Source: Prochlorococcus sp. MIT 0801 (lineage in GTDB: Bacteria > Cyanobacteriota > Cyanobacteriia > PCC-6307 > Cyanobiaceae). From it: a DNA stretch of 32,000 nt. Under the pieces are notes generated by a model. The model had not been told where the DNA came from, ran no database searches, and worked only from the letters and a program-made list of their open reading frames with translations. The stretch spans positions 450,001 to 482,000 of the forward strand of contig NZ_CP007754.1 of NCBI RefSeq assembly GCF_000757865.1. Direction: 5' to 3'. Each line of letters begins with the position of its first letter. Position 1 is the first letter of the stretch. Shown piece by piece: positions 1 through 8,997 of this stretch. Made by a program: the position numbers and the translations under genes.

Positions 1-244
1 AAAGCTGCTGGAGCTACTAATAAACGTGAAAAAAGCTTCATAGTGTCCTCACACATTAAAGAAGTTATATAAAATTTAACTACCTTAAGAGGAGGTTAAA
101 AGTATCTTATGTTACACCTTTTTAGTTGGCCTACCTCCGACTATTGCTTTGAAAGTCACTGCGGTAAAAGACTTTCTGGGGGATTTGAGCTATGATTTAT
201 TTGATACACACTTTACTGTGAACTGAATTTTTAAATAATCGCTC

Positions 245-1582
245 TTGAGTGGAAACCAGTCATCCATAAAAGGCTTAGATGCCAGAAAGGCTGCTTGGGA
301 GGTTATCCAAGCAGTGGGTGGAGGTGCGTTCGCAGATGTTGCTTTGGATAGAATTTTTAATCTTTATTCCTTTAAGTCGATCGATAAAGCCTTAATAACT
401 GAACTTTCTTATGGTGCAATTCGCCAAAGATATTTTTTAGATTGTTGGATTGATTATTTAGGGAAAGTACCCGCTAAAAAACAACCTCCTTTGTTGAGAT
501 GGCTATTGCATCTTGGGCTTTATCAGGTTTTAAAAATGGAGAGAATGCCTCCAGCTGCTGCAATTAACACAACTGTAGAGCTTGCTAAAACTCATAATTT
601 AAAAAAGCTGGCCCCTGTTGTTAATGGAATCTTGCGATCTGCTCTTAGAAGCAAAGAGAGAGGTCTACTGCTACCTAAATCAAATAATCCGAGTTTAGAA
701 TTAGCTAAAAACGAATCCCTTCCTCTTTGGTTGGCAGATGAATTGATTAATTGGAAGGGAGTAGAAGATGCTAAGAAGATTGCTAAAGCATTTAATTGCA
801 TTAGTCCTATTGACATAAGAGTGAATAAATTGCGTGCAGATTTAAAAGAAGTAAAAGAAATTTTTGATTCCTGTGGTATTCATAATCATCTGATACCAAA
901 CTGTCCTTACGGATTGGAAGTTCAAGTTGGTGTTGGTGAACCTAGGAAATGGCCCGGTTATGTAGAAGGGAAATGGAGTGTTCAAGATAGATCTTCTCAG
1001 CTAATTTCCCCATCATTAGGACCTTTGCCTGGAGAAAAGATTCTTGATGCTTGTGCTGCACCAGGAGGAAAATCAACACATATTGCTGAATTAATCAATA
1101 ATAAGGGCGAGGTGTGGTCTGTTGATCGATCATTCAGAAGATCAAAAAAAATAATAGCCAACTCAGAGAGGCTTGGGACTAAATGCTTGCAAATATTGGT
1201 TGCTGATTCCAATGAGCTATTACTCAAAAATCCCGCTTGGAAAGGGTTCTTTGATCGAATACTTATTGATGCGCCATGCTCAGGATTGGGTACTCTTGCG
1301 CGCCACCCTGATGCGAGATGGAGAATGAACCAAGAAAATATTCAGGAGCTTGTCGCTGTTCAAAGTCATTTACTTAACTCGTTAACTCCTTTATTAAAAA
1401 GTGGAGGAACATTGGTCTATTCCACCTGTACTATTCATCCTGAAGAAAATTTCAATCAGATAAAAAACTTTCTTCAATTAAAGTCTGATTTTTTATTAGA
1501 ATTTGAAAAACAGATATGGCCTGGTGAGGAAGATAATGGAGATGGTTTTTATATTGCTGTTTTAAATAAATTAAAAAATTAA
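245..1582 (+). CDS. rsmB: 16S rRNA (cytosine-C5)-methyltransferase, RsmB/Sun family
   Basis: 445-aa ORF with a TTG start. NusB-like N-terminal region; SAM motif 'ILDACAAPGGKSTHIAE'; catalytic Cys motifs 'DRILIDAPCSGLGTLARHPD' and 'LVYSTCTIHPEEN'. Confidence 0.9.
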   Translation: MSGNQSSIKGLDARKAAWEVIQAVGGGAFADVALDRIFNLYSFKSIDKALITELSYGAIRQRYFLDCWIDYLGKVPAKKQPPLLRWLLHLGLYQVLKMERMPPAAAINTTVELAKTHNLKKLAPVVNGILRSALRSKERGLLLPKSNNPSLELAKNESLPLWLADELINWKGVEDAKKIAKAFNCISPIDIRVNKLRADLKEVKEIFDSCGIHNHLIPNCPYGLEVQVGVGEPRKWPGYVEGKWSVQDRSSQLISPSLGPLPGEKILDACAAPGGKSTHIAELINNKGEVWSVDRSFRRSKKIIANSERLGTKCLQILVADSNELLLKNPAWKGFFDRILIDAPCSGLGTLARHPDARWRMNQENIQELVAVQSHLLNSLTPLLKSGGTLVYSTCTIHPEENFNQIKNFLQLKSDFLLEFEKQIWPGEEDNGDGFYIAVLNKLKN

Positions 1583-1658
1583 TCAAAGGACTTATACATA
1601 GGATGTCAACCCTTTTAAAATATTTATCATTCTAATTTTATAGAATTAAAAATTAATT

Positions 1659-2609
1659 TTATAAACTAATTAATGAACTATGGCCTATGGCTATTGCAGT
1701 TACAAGCATTCCTAAAATTAGGAATGGTTGTGCACTGGCTTGGTATTTAACGTCAAATTTTAATGGATCACGTAATAGCCATATGTCTTGAAATGTGATT
1801 TGAGGAATTATTAGTAAAACCAGAATGACAGATGCAAAATTTTGTCCTATCGCGATTAAAACTACCACCATTGCAAGCTGAAAGATATCTATCATTCCTG
1901 CACTAATACGACTTGCATTTTTAATACCAAAAACAACAGGAAGTGATTCAAGTCCTAGGCTTTTATCACCTTCCACGCTTTTAAAATCATTTATCACAGC
2001 AATTCCTAATCCTGACAAGCTATAGGCAAGAGTGAGCATGGCAGTTGTCCACGTTAAATGTCCAAATAGAGCCTGTCCAGCCCACCAGGGGAGAGCTATA
2101 TAGCTTGCACCTAGTGCATAATTTCCAAGCCAACCATTTTGTTTAAGTTTTAAAGGGGGTGCTGAGTAAATAAAACTTACAAATGAACCTCCTAATGCCA
2201 AAAGAAGGACGGAAGGAATTGTGTGATGTGCCCACAAATCTAATAAATAGGCAACTGCAAGACCAGCTATTAATAAAATCCAAATTTGACATTTTACTTG
2301 GAAAAGTGAAATTGCCCCTGAAGGTATTGGTCTATTAGGTTCATTTATTGCATCAATTTCTCTATCAAAATAATCATTTATTGTTTGGGTATATCCAGTT
2401 AGGAGTGGCCCGCTCATAAACATGCAACTTATCGAAGCAAGAATGTTGCTTAATTCCCAGTGATAATTACCACTGGCAGCTGCTCCACAGATGACTCCCC
2501 ATAACAAGGGAATCCATGTGATGGGCTTCATTAATTGCAACCGAAGCTTCCAAATGTTTGTTGTTTCAGAACCTCCTTTTATCCCAAGGAGTTGCTTAGC
2601 ATCGCTCAC
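1659..2609 (-). CDS. chlG: chlorophyll a synthase (UbiA-family prenyltransferase)
   Basis: 316-aa polytopic membrane ORF. UbiA motif 'NDYFDREIDAINEPNRPIPSG'. N-terminus 'LLGIKGGSETTNIWKLRLQLMKPITW' is typical of cyanobacterial ChlG. Confidence 0.9.
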   Translation of the reverse strand: MSDAKQLLGIKGGSETTNIWKLRLQLMKPITWIPLLWGVICGAAASGNYHWELSNILASISCMFMSGPLLTGYTQTINDYFDREIDAINEPNRPIPSGAISLFQVKCQIWILLIAGLAVAYLLDLWAHHTIPSVLLLALGGSFVSFIYSAPPLKLKQNGWLGNYALGASYIALPWWAGQALFGHLTWTTAMLTLAYSLSGLGIAVINDFKSVEGDKSLGLESLPVVFGIKNASRISAGMIDIFQLAMVVVLIAIGQNFASVILVLLIIPQITFQDIWLLRDPLKFDVKYQASAQPFLILGMLVTAIAIGHSSLISL

Positions 2610-2624
2610 TTTATAATCTCAGGG

Positions 2625-2846
2625 TTAAGAAACTTCATCCTCGAAGAACCAATGTTTGCTCCCGTCATTCATTTTAATGACCACTCCAATACCACCTCTT
2701 CCGTCAGTCATCTTGTAGTCGATGACAGTACCTCTTGGATCCTCTGATAGTTGGTCTATCAAATAAGAAGGTATGCGATCTCGAACACGTTCAATATTAA
2801 TCTTAATTTTTGAACCTATCCTTGAAAGGGAGGTTGGCTTAGCCAT
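2625..2846 (-). CDS. small conserved cyanobacterial protein (DUF2862-like; possibly the PetP-type SH3-fold protein associated with cytochrome b6f)
   Basis: 73-aa ORF. The 'RVRDR...GTVIDYKMTDGRGGIGVVIKMNDGSKHWFFEDEV' pattern is recalled from the small conserved cyanobacterial family. It sits just downstream of chlG on the same strand. The PetP assignment is from memory and unverified. Confidence 0.6.
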   Translation of the reverse strand: MAKPTSLSRIGSKIKINIERVRDRIPSYLIDQLSEDPRGTVIDYKMTDGRGGIGVVIKMNDGSKHWFFEDEVS

Positions 2847-2898
2847 GGAATTAAATTACTTGATTTCGGCACCTTAACAGTTCCTCAGAGTAAAAATC

Positions 2899-3672
2899 AT
2901 GGTTGCTTTAAGATTGATCCCTTGTCTTGATGTTTCAAACGGACGAGTGGTTAAGGGGGTTAATTTTGTTGGATTGCGTGATGCAGGCGATCCAGTTGAG
3001 CTTGGATGTAGATATAGCAAGGCAGGAGCGGATGAATTGGTCTTCCTTGACATAACAGCTACGCACGAGAAAAGAGCGACTTTGGTTGATATGGTTAGAC
3101 GAACATCCGAAGCGGTGACCATTCCTTTTACTGTTGGAGGGGGAATCAGCTCATTGAATGGAATCAATGAATTGCTACGAGCAGGAGCTGACAAGGTAAG
3201 TTTGAATTCCAGTGCTGTTAAAGACCCTTCGTTGATTTCTCAAGGGGCCAATCGTTTTGGATCTCAATGTATTGTGGTCGCAATAGATGCGAAAAAGAAC
3301 AAAAACATTCCCAATAAGTGGGACGTTTATGTGAGTGGAGGACGGAATAATACAGGATTGGATGCGATTGAATGGGCAGAAAAAGTGTTTGAGATGGGAG
3401 CAGGTGAAATCCTTTTAACCTCCATGGACGGTGATGGAACTCAAAATGGTTATGACATAGAACTGACGAAATATATTTCTGAGAAAGTTTCAATACCAGT
3501 AATAGCCTCAGGAGGAGCTGGTTCTTTGAGACACATTAAAGAGGCTTTTACTTTGGGGAAATCTTCAGCGGCTCTCTTGGCTTCCTTATTGCATGATGGA
3601 CAATTAACTATCAGAGAAATAAAAGAATATTTGATTAAAGCAAATTTACCTATAAGACCAATTGAATTATAA
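2899..3672 (+). CDS. hisF: imidazole glycerol phosphate synthase, cyclase subunit
   Basis: 257-aa ORF. '[19 protein letters not shown]', '[11 protein letters not shown]', 'VGGGI' and 'ASGGAG' are canonical HisF (beta/alpha)8 phosphate-binding motifs. Confidence 0.95.
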   Translation: MVALRLIPCLDVSNGRVVKGVNFVGLRDAGDPVELGCRYSKAGADELVFLDITATHEKRATLVDMVRRTSEAVTIPFTVGGGISSLNGINELLRAGADKVSLNSSAVKDPSLISQGANRFGSQCIVVAIDAKKNKNIPNKWDVYVSGGRNNTGLDAIEWAEKVFEMGAGEILLTSMDGDGTQNGYDIELTKYISEKVSIPVIASGGAGSLRHIKEAFTLGKSSAALLASLLHDGQLTIREIKEYLIKANLPIRPIEL

Positions 3673-3706
3673 ATATTCTCATAAAAGGATGTAAGATTAA
3701 TTCTTT

Positions 3707-3732
3707 AGGCCTTTAGGCCTTGAAATTTTTTT
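3707..3732 (+). terminator. possible intrinsic terminator after hisF
   Basis: Hairpin AGGCC-TTTA-GGCCT at 3707-3720, formed by a tandem 'ctttaggc' duplication. A T7 run follows at 3726-3732 after a 5-nt spacer. The stem is short and the spacing is not ideal. Confidence 0.3.
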
Positions 3733-3759
3733 GCTAGCTAAGCTTTTTTCTATAATCAC

Positions 3760-4458
3760 ATGAGGCCCGGTAATACTAAAGCTATAGAAGAAATGTTTAA
3801 TTCAATTTCTTCAAAATATGATTTTTTAAATGATATATTTAGCTTTGGATTGCATAGGTTTTGGAAAACAAGATTATTGGATATTCTTAATCCAACTTTT
3901 GGAGAAAAATGGATAGATCTTTGTTGTGGAACTGGAGATATGTCAATACTTTTGGCTAGATATATAGAGAGTTCTAAAAATATTACTGGGATAGATTCAG
4001 CTTCTAAACCATTATTAGTTGCGAGAGAAAGATCTAAGCAAAACTATTCTTCAATTGAATGGATAAATGGTGATGCTCTAGAGACAAATCTCACATCTCA
4101 TCAATTCGATGGCCTTTTAATGGCCTATGGCTTAAGGAATCTTTCCAGCCCTTATGCAGGTTTTAAAGAGGCTTTTAGGATTTTGAAACCAGGTGGAAGA
4201 GCTGGAATCTTAGATTTTAGATCTTTTGAAGGAACCTCTATTCAAGGGGTATTTCAAAAAATTTATTTAAGTTTTTATGTTGTTCCAATTTCATCTCTTT
4301 TCGGATTGGGAAAAGAATATTCATATATAAAAAAAAGTTTAGTTAACTTCCCTTCTGGTGAAAAACAAATTCATTTGGCACTTTCTGCGGGCTTTAAAAA
4401 AGCAAAATACCAAACATTAGCAATGGGACAAATGGGGATTTTATTACTTGAAGCCTGA
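3760..4458 (+). CDS. menG: demethylphylloquinone / 2-phytyl-1,4-naphthoquinone methyltransferase (UbiE/MenG family)
   Basis: 232-aa ORF. UbiE signature 'YDFLNDIFSFGLHRFWK'; SAM motif 'IDLCCGTGD'; 'LKPGGRAGILDF'. Confidence 0.85.
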   Translation: MRPGNTKAIEEMFNSISSKYDFLNDIFSFGLHRFWKTRLLDILNPTFGEKWIDLCCGTGDMSILLARYIESSKNITGIDSASKPLLVARERSKQNYSSIEWINGDALETNLTSHQFDGLLMAYGLRNLSSPYAGFKEAFRILKPGGRAGILDFRSFEGTSIQGVFQKIYLSFYVVPISSLFGLGKEYSYIKKSLVNFPSGEKQIHLALSAGFKKAKYQTLAMGQMGILLLEA

Positions 4459-4469
4459 ATCAAAATCGT

Positions 4470-4952
4470 TCAATCTATTCTCAATTCTTTTCTTCTACAA
4501 AAACTACATTTACCCCATAATTTAACTTCTCCCTTGGGAGATGGGACTTTGCAAAAAGGACAATTTGTGATTCCAGTCTTATCAGTTCTACTTGGGTGCT
4601 TTTCCCATATTTCTTTTTCACTCTCTCTGGCAACTAAATTATTGGGATAATGTTGTCTAATCCGAATCTCTTTTATTTGATATCCATATGATTTTAAAGA
4701 CTCAATTAATTCTAAGCGGTTGTACTGGAGAGCCTGTCTCCACTGAGGATGACTTGCTCCAATCGTTAAAATTTTATTTTTAATATTAAGAGGCGTGCAA
4801 TTCAATGCGAGTTGCTCTCCAGCTATTTTTACCCAATCTTGAATAAGCTCCCCGACATTTCCTTTCCATGAAGACTTGATTTCTTCCAAACATGTATAAA
4901 TTGACTGCTCTCTTTTTCCTTTTGTTTTATGTTTTAAGTCTTCTAAAATCAA
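4470..4952 (-). CDS. DUF721 (DciA-like) protein with C-terminal Zn-ribbon
   Basis: 160-aa ORF. The central 'DWVKIAGEQLALNCTPLNIKNKILTIGASHPQWRQALQYNRLELIESL' fits the DUF721 pattern. The C-terminus 'CPFCKVPSPKGEVKLWGKCSFC' is a CxxC...CxxC ribbon. Confidence 0.6.
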   Translation of the reverse strand: MILEDLKHKTKGKREQSIYTCLEEIKSSWKGNVGELIQDWVKIAGEQLALNCTPLNIKNKILTIGASHPQWRQALQYNRLELIESLKSYGYQIKEIRIRQHYPNNLVARESEKEIWEKHPSRTDKTGITNCPFCKVPSPKGEVKLWGKCSFCRRKELRID

Positions 4953-5025
4953 TTTTAATTAGACATTGATGGTGAGTTAGTGCTTAAATCTAGCTAATAT
5001 TTTTTAGATTGCACAAAAGATCCTA

Positions 5026-5802
5026 ATGGGATTATTCGATAGGTTAAGTCGATTGATAAGGGCAAATCTAAATGCTTTTGTCAGTGATGCAGAAGATCCA
5101 ATAAAAATACTTGATCAGTCTGTTGCTGATATGCAAGAAGACTTGGTGAAGCTTCGTCAAGCTGTCGCTATGGCCATTGCAAGTCAAAAAAGATTAGAGA
5201 ATCAGGCAAATCAAGCAAAAGAGCAAATAAAGAATTGGTTCACCAGAGCTGAATTAGCCTTAAAGAAGGGAGAGGATGATCTAGCTAGAGAAGCATTAAG
5301 TAGAAAAAAAACTTTTCAAGAAACTTATGAATCTTTATCGACTCAATTTCAAACACAAAATGGTCAAGTTGAAAAACTAAAGAAAAGCCTTTTGTTATTA
5401 GAGAGAAAGATTGCCGAGGCTCGAACTAAAAAAGACATGCTTAAAGCAAGAGCTCAGGCAGCCAAAGCTCAGCAACAAATTCAAAGTACAGTTGGTGATT
5501 TAGGGAGCAAGTCCGCCATGGCTGCTTTTGAAAGAATGGAAGACAAAGTAGAGGCATTGGAAGCTTCTGGGCAAGCTGCATTAGAGTTGGCTGGAGAAGA
5601 TCTAGAAAGTAAGTTCGCAGCATTAGAAGGAGGTGATGGTATAGAGAAAGAATTAGAGACATTGAGGACTCAATTGAAATCGGGAGTTGAGGCAATCGCT
5701 TTGCCTCCTTCTGAATTAGATGTTAATGAAGTAAAAACAGTAGAAATCCAAGAAGTTGAAGTTGAATTAGAGGCGATGAAAAAGTCAATAGATAATTCTT
5801 GA
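5026..5802 (+). CDS. vipp1: Vipp1 / IM30 (PspA family) thylakoid membrane-remodelling protein
   Basis: 258-aa coiled-coil ORF. Canonical N-terminal amphipathic helix 'MGLFDRLSRLIRANLNAFVSDAEDP'. It has a C-terminal extension beyond the PspA core. Confidence 0.9.
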   Translation: MGLFDRLSRLIRANLNAFVSDAEDPIKILDQSVADMQEDLVKLRQAVAMAIASQKRLENQANQAKEQIKNWFTRAELALKKGEDDLAREALSRKKTFQETYESLSTQFQTQNGQVEKLKKSLLLLERKIAEARTKKDMLKARAQAAKAQQQIQSTVGDLGSKSAMAAFERMEDKVEALEASGQAALELAGEDLESKFAALEGGDGIEKELETLRTQLKSGVEAIALPPSELDVNEVKTVEIQEVEVELEAMKKSIDNS

Positions 5803-5830
5803 TTTTTTAAGAAGACATTACTTTTGAAAT

Positions 5831-6595
5831 ATGAATAATCAAAAATTCGATAGAGGGGTTGGGTTGATCTATAGATGTCACAAATTAAATAATTCCTCTC
5901 CTAGGTCTTGGAGAATAATGCTGAAAACTATTTGTGCTAGTACAGAAATAGAACTATCGAATTGGATTGCAGAGCAACCTGTAAGAAAAAATCAGCCAAT
6001 AGCTATTTTTTCTTCTTGCCAAAGATTTGGTCAAGGTCAATCTGATCGAATTTGGCATGCACCAAAAGGAGGGGTTTGGGTTAGTGCGGCTATTAACAGG
6101 GAAGATTCTAGTGAAAATAATTCTCAGCTTTATGGGTTAGCGGTGGCATTAGCTTTGGTTGAAAGAATTGAACGGATAGGGGTTAATGTCAAAATAAAAT
6201 GGCCTAATGATTTATTAGTTGATGGCCAAAAATTAGCTGGAATTTTACCTAGATTATTTTTTAGAGGAGGAAAACTTAGATTATTAAGAGTTGGAGTAGG
6301 TTTAAACGTTTTTAATAATGTTCCTAAAGAGGGGATTTCACTAAAACAAATAATTGGAGCTAAAACAATGAATATAAATTTTTGGTCTTCAGAAGTTCTA
6401 CTTGCAATAGAAAGATCTTTAGATCTTTTAGTTAATAAAAATTTCCTGTGCAGTCAGGTCGAAAAAAGATTTTGGTCAAGAAAATACATTGATAAAGAAA
6501 CTGGATTAAAATGGGATATCAAAGGTATAGATTCAAGTGGAAGATTGATTCTTTTAAGAGAAAATAAAGTGAAGGTATTGTCTGATTACAATTGA
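5831..6595 (+). CDS. birA: biotin--[acetyl-CoA-carboxylase] ligase (class I, no HTH domain)
   Basis: 254-aa ORF. 'GQGQSDRIWHAPKGGVWVS' aligns to the BirA biotin-binding loop. 'KIKWPNDLLVDGQKLAGIL' is the conserved KWPND motif. The true start may be the internal Met at about 5918. Confidence 0.75.
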   Translation: MNNQKFDRGVGLIYRCHKLNNSSPRSWRIMLKTICASTEIELSNWIAEQPVRKNQPIAIFSSCQRFGQGQSDRIWHAPKGGVWVSAAINREDSSENNSQLYGLAVALALVERIERIGVNVKIKWPNDLLVDGQKLAGILPRLFFRGGKLRLLRVGVGLNVFNNVPKEGISLKQIIGAKTMNINFWSSEVLLAIERSLDLLVNKNFLCSQVEKRFWSRKYIDKETGLKWDIKGIDSSGRLILLRENKVKVLSDYN

Positions 6596-6604
6596 TTGTC
6601 TGAG

Positions 6605-7345
6605 TTAATTATGAGTAATCTCTGTTACTTTGCCATCTCTAAACCTTGCTATTTTTTTTGCTCGTTGAGCAACATTGTCTTCATGAGTAACTAAGACTAT
6701 TGTGATTCCTTGACTATGAAGTTGGTCAAAAAGATTTAAAACATCTTCAGTAGTTTTGGAATCAAGAGCACCAGTTGGTTCGTCTGCTAATAGCAGGGAT
6801 GGCTGATTGATTATTGCCCTTGCTATGGCAACTCGTTGTTGTTGTCCCCCTGATAATTGATTAGGGAGATTGGTCATCCTGTTCCCAAGCCCTACTCGTT
6901 TAAGAGCTTCTTCAGCGCGCTTCTTTCTCTCTGAAGAGGGGACGCATGCATAAATCATTGGAAGCATGACATTCTCAAGTGCTGAAACTTCTTGAAGTAG
7001 ATGAAATTGCTGAAAAACAAAACCAAGTTCTTTGTTTCTAATATCTGCAAGCAGGTCATCATCTAGCTTTTCTACAGCAGTTCCGTTTAATTCATAAGTC
7101 CCATTAGTAGGACGATCAAGGCATCCAAGTATATTCATTGCAGTACTTTTACCAGATCCACTTGCACCCATTACGGCAAGGTAATCACCCTGATAAACAT
7201 CAAGGTTTAGTTCGTCAAGAGCTTTCACTTTGACCGAGCCTTCCCCATAAAATTTATTAACATTCGTTAGTCGCGCTACAGACTTTTTCAATGATTTTAA
7301 TTGGTTAACCAATTGAACTTTTACTTGCAAGAGTAATGGCTTCAC
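6605..7345 (-). CDS. ABC transporter ATP-binding protein (MacB/LolD/DevA-like)
   Basis: Walker A 'GASGSGKST', Q-loop 'FQQFHLL', signature 'LSGGQQQR', Walker B 'LLLADEPT', H-loop 'VTHE'. The track start (GTG at 7345) overlaps the ndhB 3' end by 41 nt. An in-frame TTG at 7291 giving '[18 protein letters not shown]' is a more plausible start. Confidence 0.9.
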   Translation of the reverse strand: MKPLLLQVKVQLVNQLKSLKKSVARLTNVNKFYGEGSVKVKALDELNLDVYQGDYLAVMGASGSGKSTAMNILGCLDRPTNGTYELNGTAVEKLDDDLLADIRNKELGFVFQQFHLLQEVSALENVMLPMIYACVPSSERKKRAEEALKRVGLGNRMTNLPNQLSGGQQQRVAIARAIINQPSLLLADEPTGALDSKTTEDVLNLFDQLHSQGITIVLVTHEDNVAQRAKKIARFRDGKVTEITHN

Positions 7346-8867
7346 GAAGTAATGGAGTTCCGTTTACCGCACTATCTGCAAAATCGAAGAGAGGATTTGA
7401 AATAATTCCACCAATAGCAGTTACGAGAACACAAAAAATCAAAGCCACTTTGAGAGATGACATCCCAGGCATTGACCATTCTATAGATGGATATGCTTTT
7501 ACAACATCTGAGGCTTCTTTAGGTTCTGTTACTACCATCATTTTTATAACTGAAATATAATAGTAAATTGAAATAACAGAGGTAACTAGACCAACGCTTA
7601 CTAATAAGTATTGCCCATCCGCCCATCCAGCAAAAAATAAATAAATCTTCCCAAAGAATCCCAACATTGGAGGAATGCCTCCCAAGGAGAGAAGGCATAA
7701 ACTTAATCCTAATGTGATTAATGGATCTTTTTGGTACAGTCCTGCATAATCTGAGATTTGATCACTACCCGTCCTGATTGAGAAAAGGATTATGCATGCA
7801 AAAGCACCAAGATTCATAAACAAATAAGCAGCCATATACAGAACCATCGCTGCAAAACCATCTTCAGTTCCGCAAACCAAACCAATCATTACAAAGCCAG
7901 CTTGTCCAATTGAGCTATAAGCAAGCATCCTTTTCATTGATTTTTGAGCTAGTGCTACAACATTTCCCAGAGTCATACTGAGAACAGCTAAAACGGTAAA
8001 TAGCAATTTCCATTGTGTGTCAAAAGCGCTAAAACATCCGACTAGTATTCTTATTGCGAGTGCAAAACCTGCTGCTTTGGAACCTACTGATAAGAAGGCA
8101 ACTACTGGAGTAGGAGAACCTTCGTAAACATCTGGTGTCCATTGATGAAATGGAACTGCTGCGATTTTGAAAGCTACTGTAGACAATACGAAAACCAGAG
8201 CTAATGCTGACAAAGGTGTAGGAGCATTTAGTAAAGTTAATCCTATTTCTTTTAAATTTGTAGATCCACTTATTCCATAAAGTAAGGATGCTCCATAAAG
8301 AAATACAGCGGCTGCAGCTGAACCAACTAACAAGTATTTCAAAGCTGCTTCTGAACTTCTTGAGTCTCTTTTGAGATATCCAGAAAGCAGGTAGCTAGCC
8401 ACAGAAAGTGTTTCTAATGAAACAAAAACACTTACCAAATCAGTTGAACCACATAGAAGCATTGCTCCAAGAGTTGCAGCTAATAATATTGCAGCAAATT
8501 CTCCAATAGGACTTCCATTTTGATCAGCATATCTCCAACTAATTAGTAAAGAAATAAGAGTTGAAAGAGCAATCACCCCTCTAAAAGCAATAGCAAGATT
8601 GTCTGCAATAAATGCACCTAAAAAAGATTCTTGAATTTCTCCATTCCATTGCATTATCAGCAAAATCAAAGCACTACCAAGGCCTGCGTAACAGATTGGA
8701 GGAGACCAGCGGGCTGATACCTTTTCACCAGCCAAATCAACCAAAAGCGTTCCCAGCATTGCCATTAGAACGGCAGCCTCTGGAAGCACAGCTTTAGCAT
8801 TTAGAGAAACATTTAAAAGCTCTACAGGCTCATTTATGAATATTTGAAAAGACAAGAGTTCTCCCAT
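7305..8867 (-). CDS. ndhB: NAD(P)H-quinone oxidoreductase (NDH-1) subunit 2
   Basis: 520-aa polytopic ORF of the antiporter-like NuoN/NdhB family. '[36 protein letters not shown]' is highly characteristic. Confidence 0.95.
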   Translation of the reverse strand: MGELLSFQIFINEPVELLNVSLNAKAVLPEAAVLMAMLGTLLVDLAGEKVSARWSPPICYAGLGSALILLIMQWNGEIQESFLGAFIADNLAIAFRGVIALSTLISLLISWRYADQNGSPIGEFAAILLAATLGAMLLCGSTDLVSVFVSLETLSVASYLLSGYLKRDSRSSEAALKYLLVGSAAAAVFLYGASLLYGISGSTNLKEIGLTLLNAPTPLSALALVFVLSTVAFKIAAVPFHQWTPDVYEGSPTPVVAFLSVGSKAAGFALAIRILVGCFSAFDTQWKLLFTVLAVLSMTLGNVVALAQKSMKRMLAYSSIGQAGFVMIGLVCGTEDGFAAMVLYMAAYLFMNLGAFACIILFSIRTGSDQISDYAGLYQKDPLITLGLSLCLLSLGGIPPMLGFFGKIYLFFAGWADGQYLLVSVGLVTSVISIYYYISVIKMMVVTEPKEASDVVKAYPSIEWSMPGMSSLKVALIFCVLVTAIGGIISNPLFDFADSAVNGTPLLREAITLASKSSIG

Positions 8868-8997
8868 TTAGGTATTGTTTTTAAGCTGAATCTGATTTTA
8901 TAACTCTAGCGAAGTTATGAAATATGCCTTTTTTATCATTTTGGGCTATGCATTTTACTACTCAGTACGTTAGATAAGAAGGAGGAAAACTGAGCTG

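Noticed and set aside
45-54. 'GTCCTCACAC' resembles the Yfr1 sRNA core motif (ACUCCUCACAC).
   Set aside because: There is one mismatch in the core. I could not find flanking GC-rich stem-loops or a terminator, and the motif lies inside what may be the 3' end of an upstream CDS. It is probably chance.
1-72. Frame-1 open stretch ending in TAA (…KREKSFIVSSHIKEVI*), possibly the 3' end of an upstream plus-strand gene.
   Set aside because: Only 23 codons are visible and no family can be recognised, so it cannot be supported as a feature.
109-195. 28-aa ORF (MLHLFSWPTSDYCFESHCGKRLSGGFEL) preceded by 'AAGAGGAGG'.
   Set aside because: It is too short, has no recognisable family, and the SD-to-ATG spacing (~12 nt) is long. 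It could equally be part of a structured rsmB leader.
592-1227. Antisense ORFs inside rsmB (592..816 and 997..1227). The same situation applies to 2535..2747, 2874..3194 and 3218..3493 over chlG/hisF, 5441..5695 in vipp1, and 7336..7560 and 8612..8797 in ndhB.
   Set aside because: Each lies wholly within or across a strongly supported conserved gene on the other strand or in another frame, and they have low-complexity or odd composition. They are shadow ORFs.
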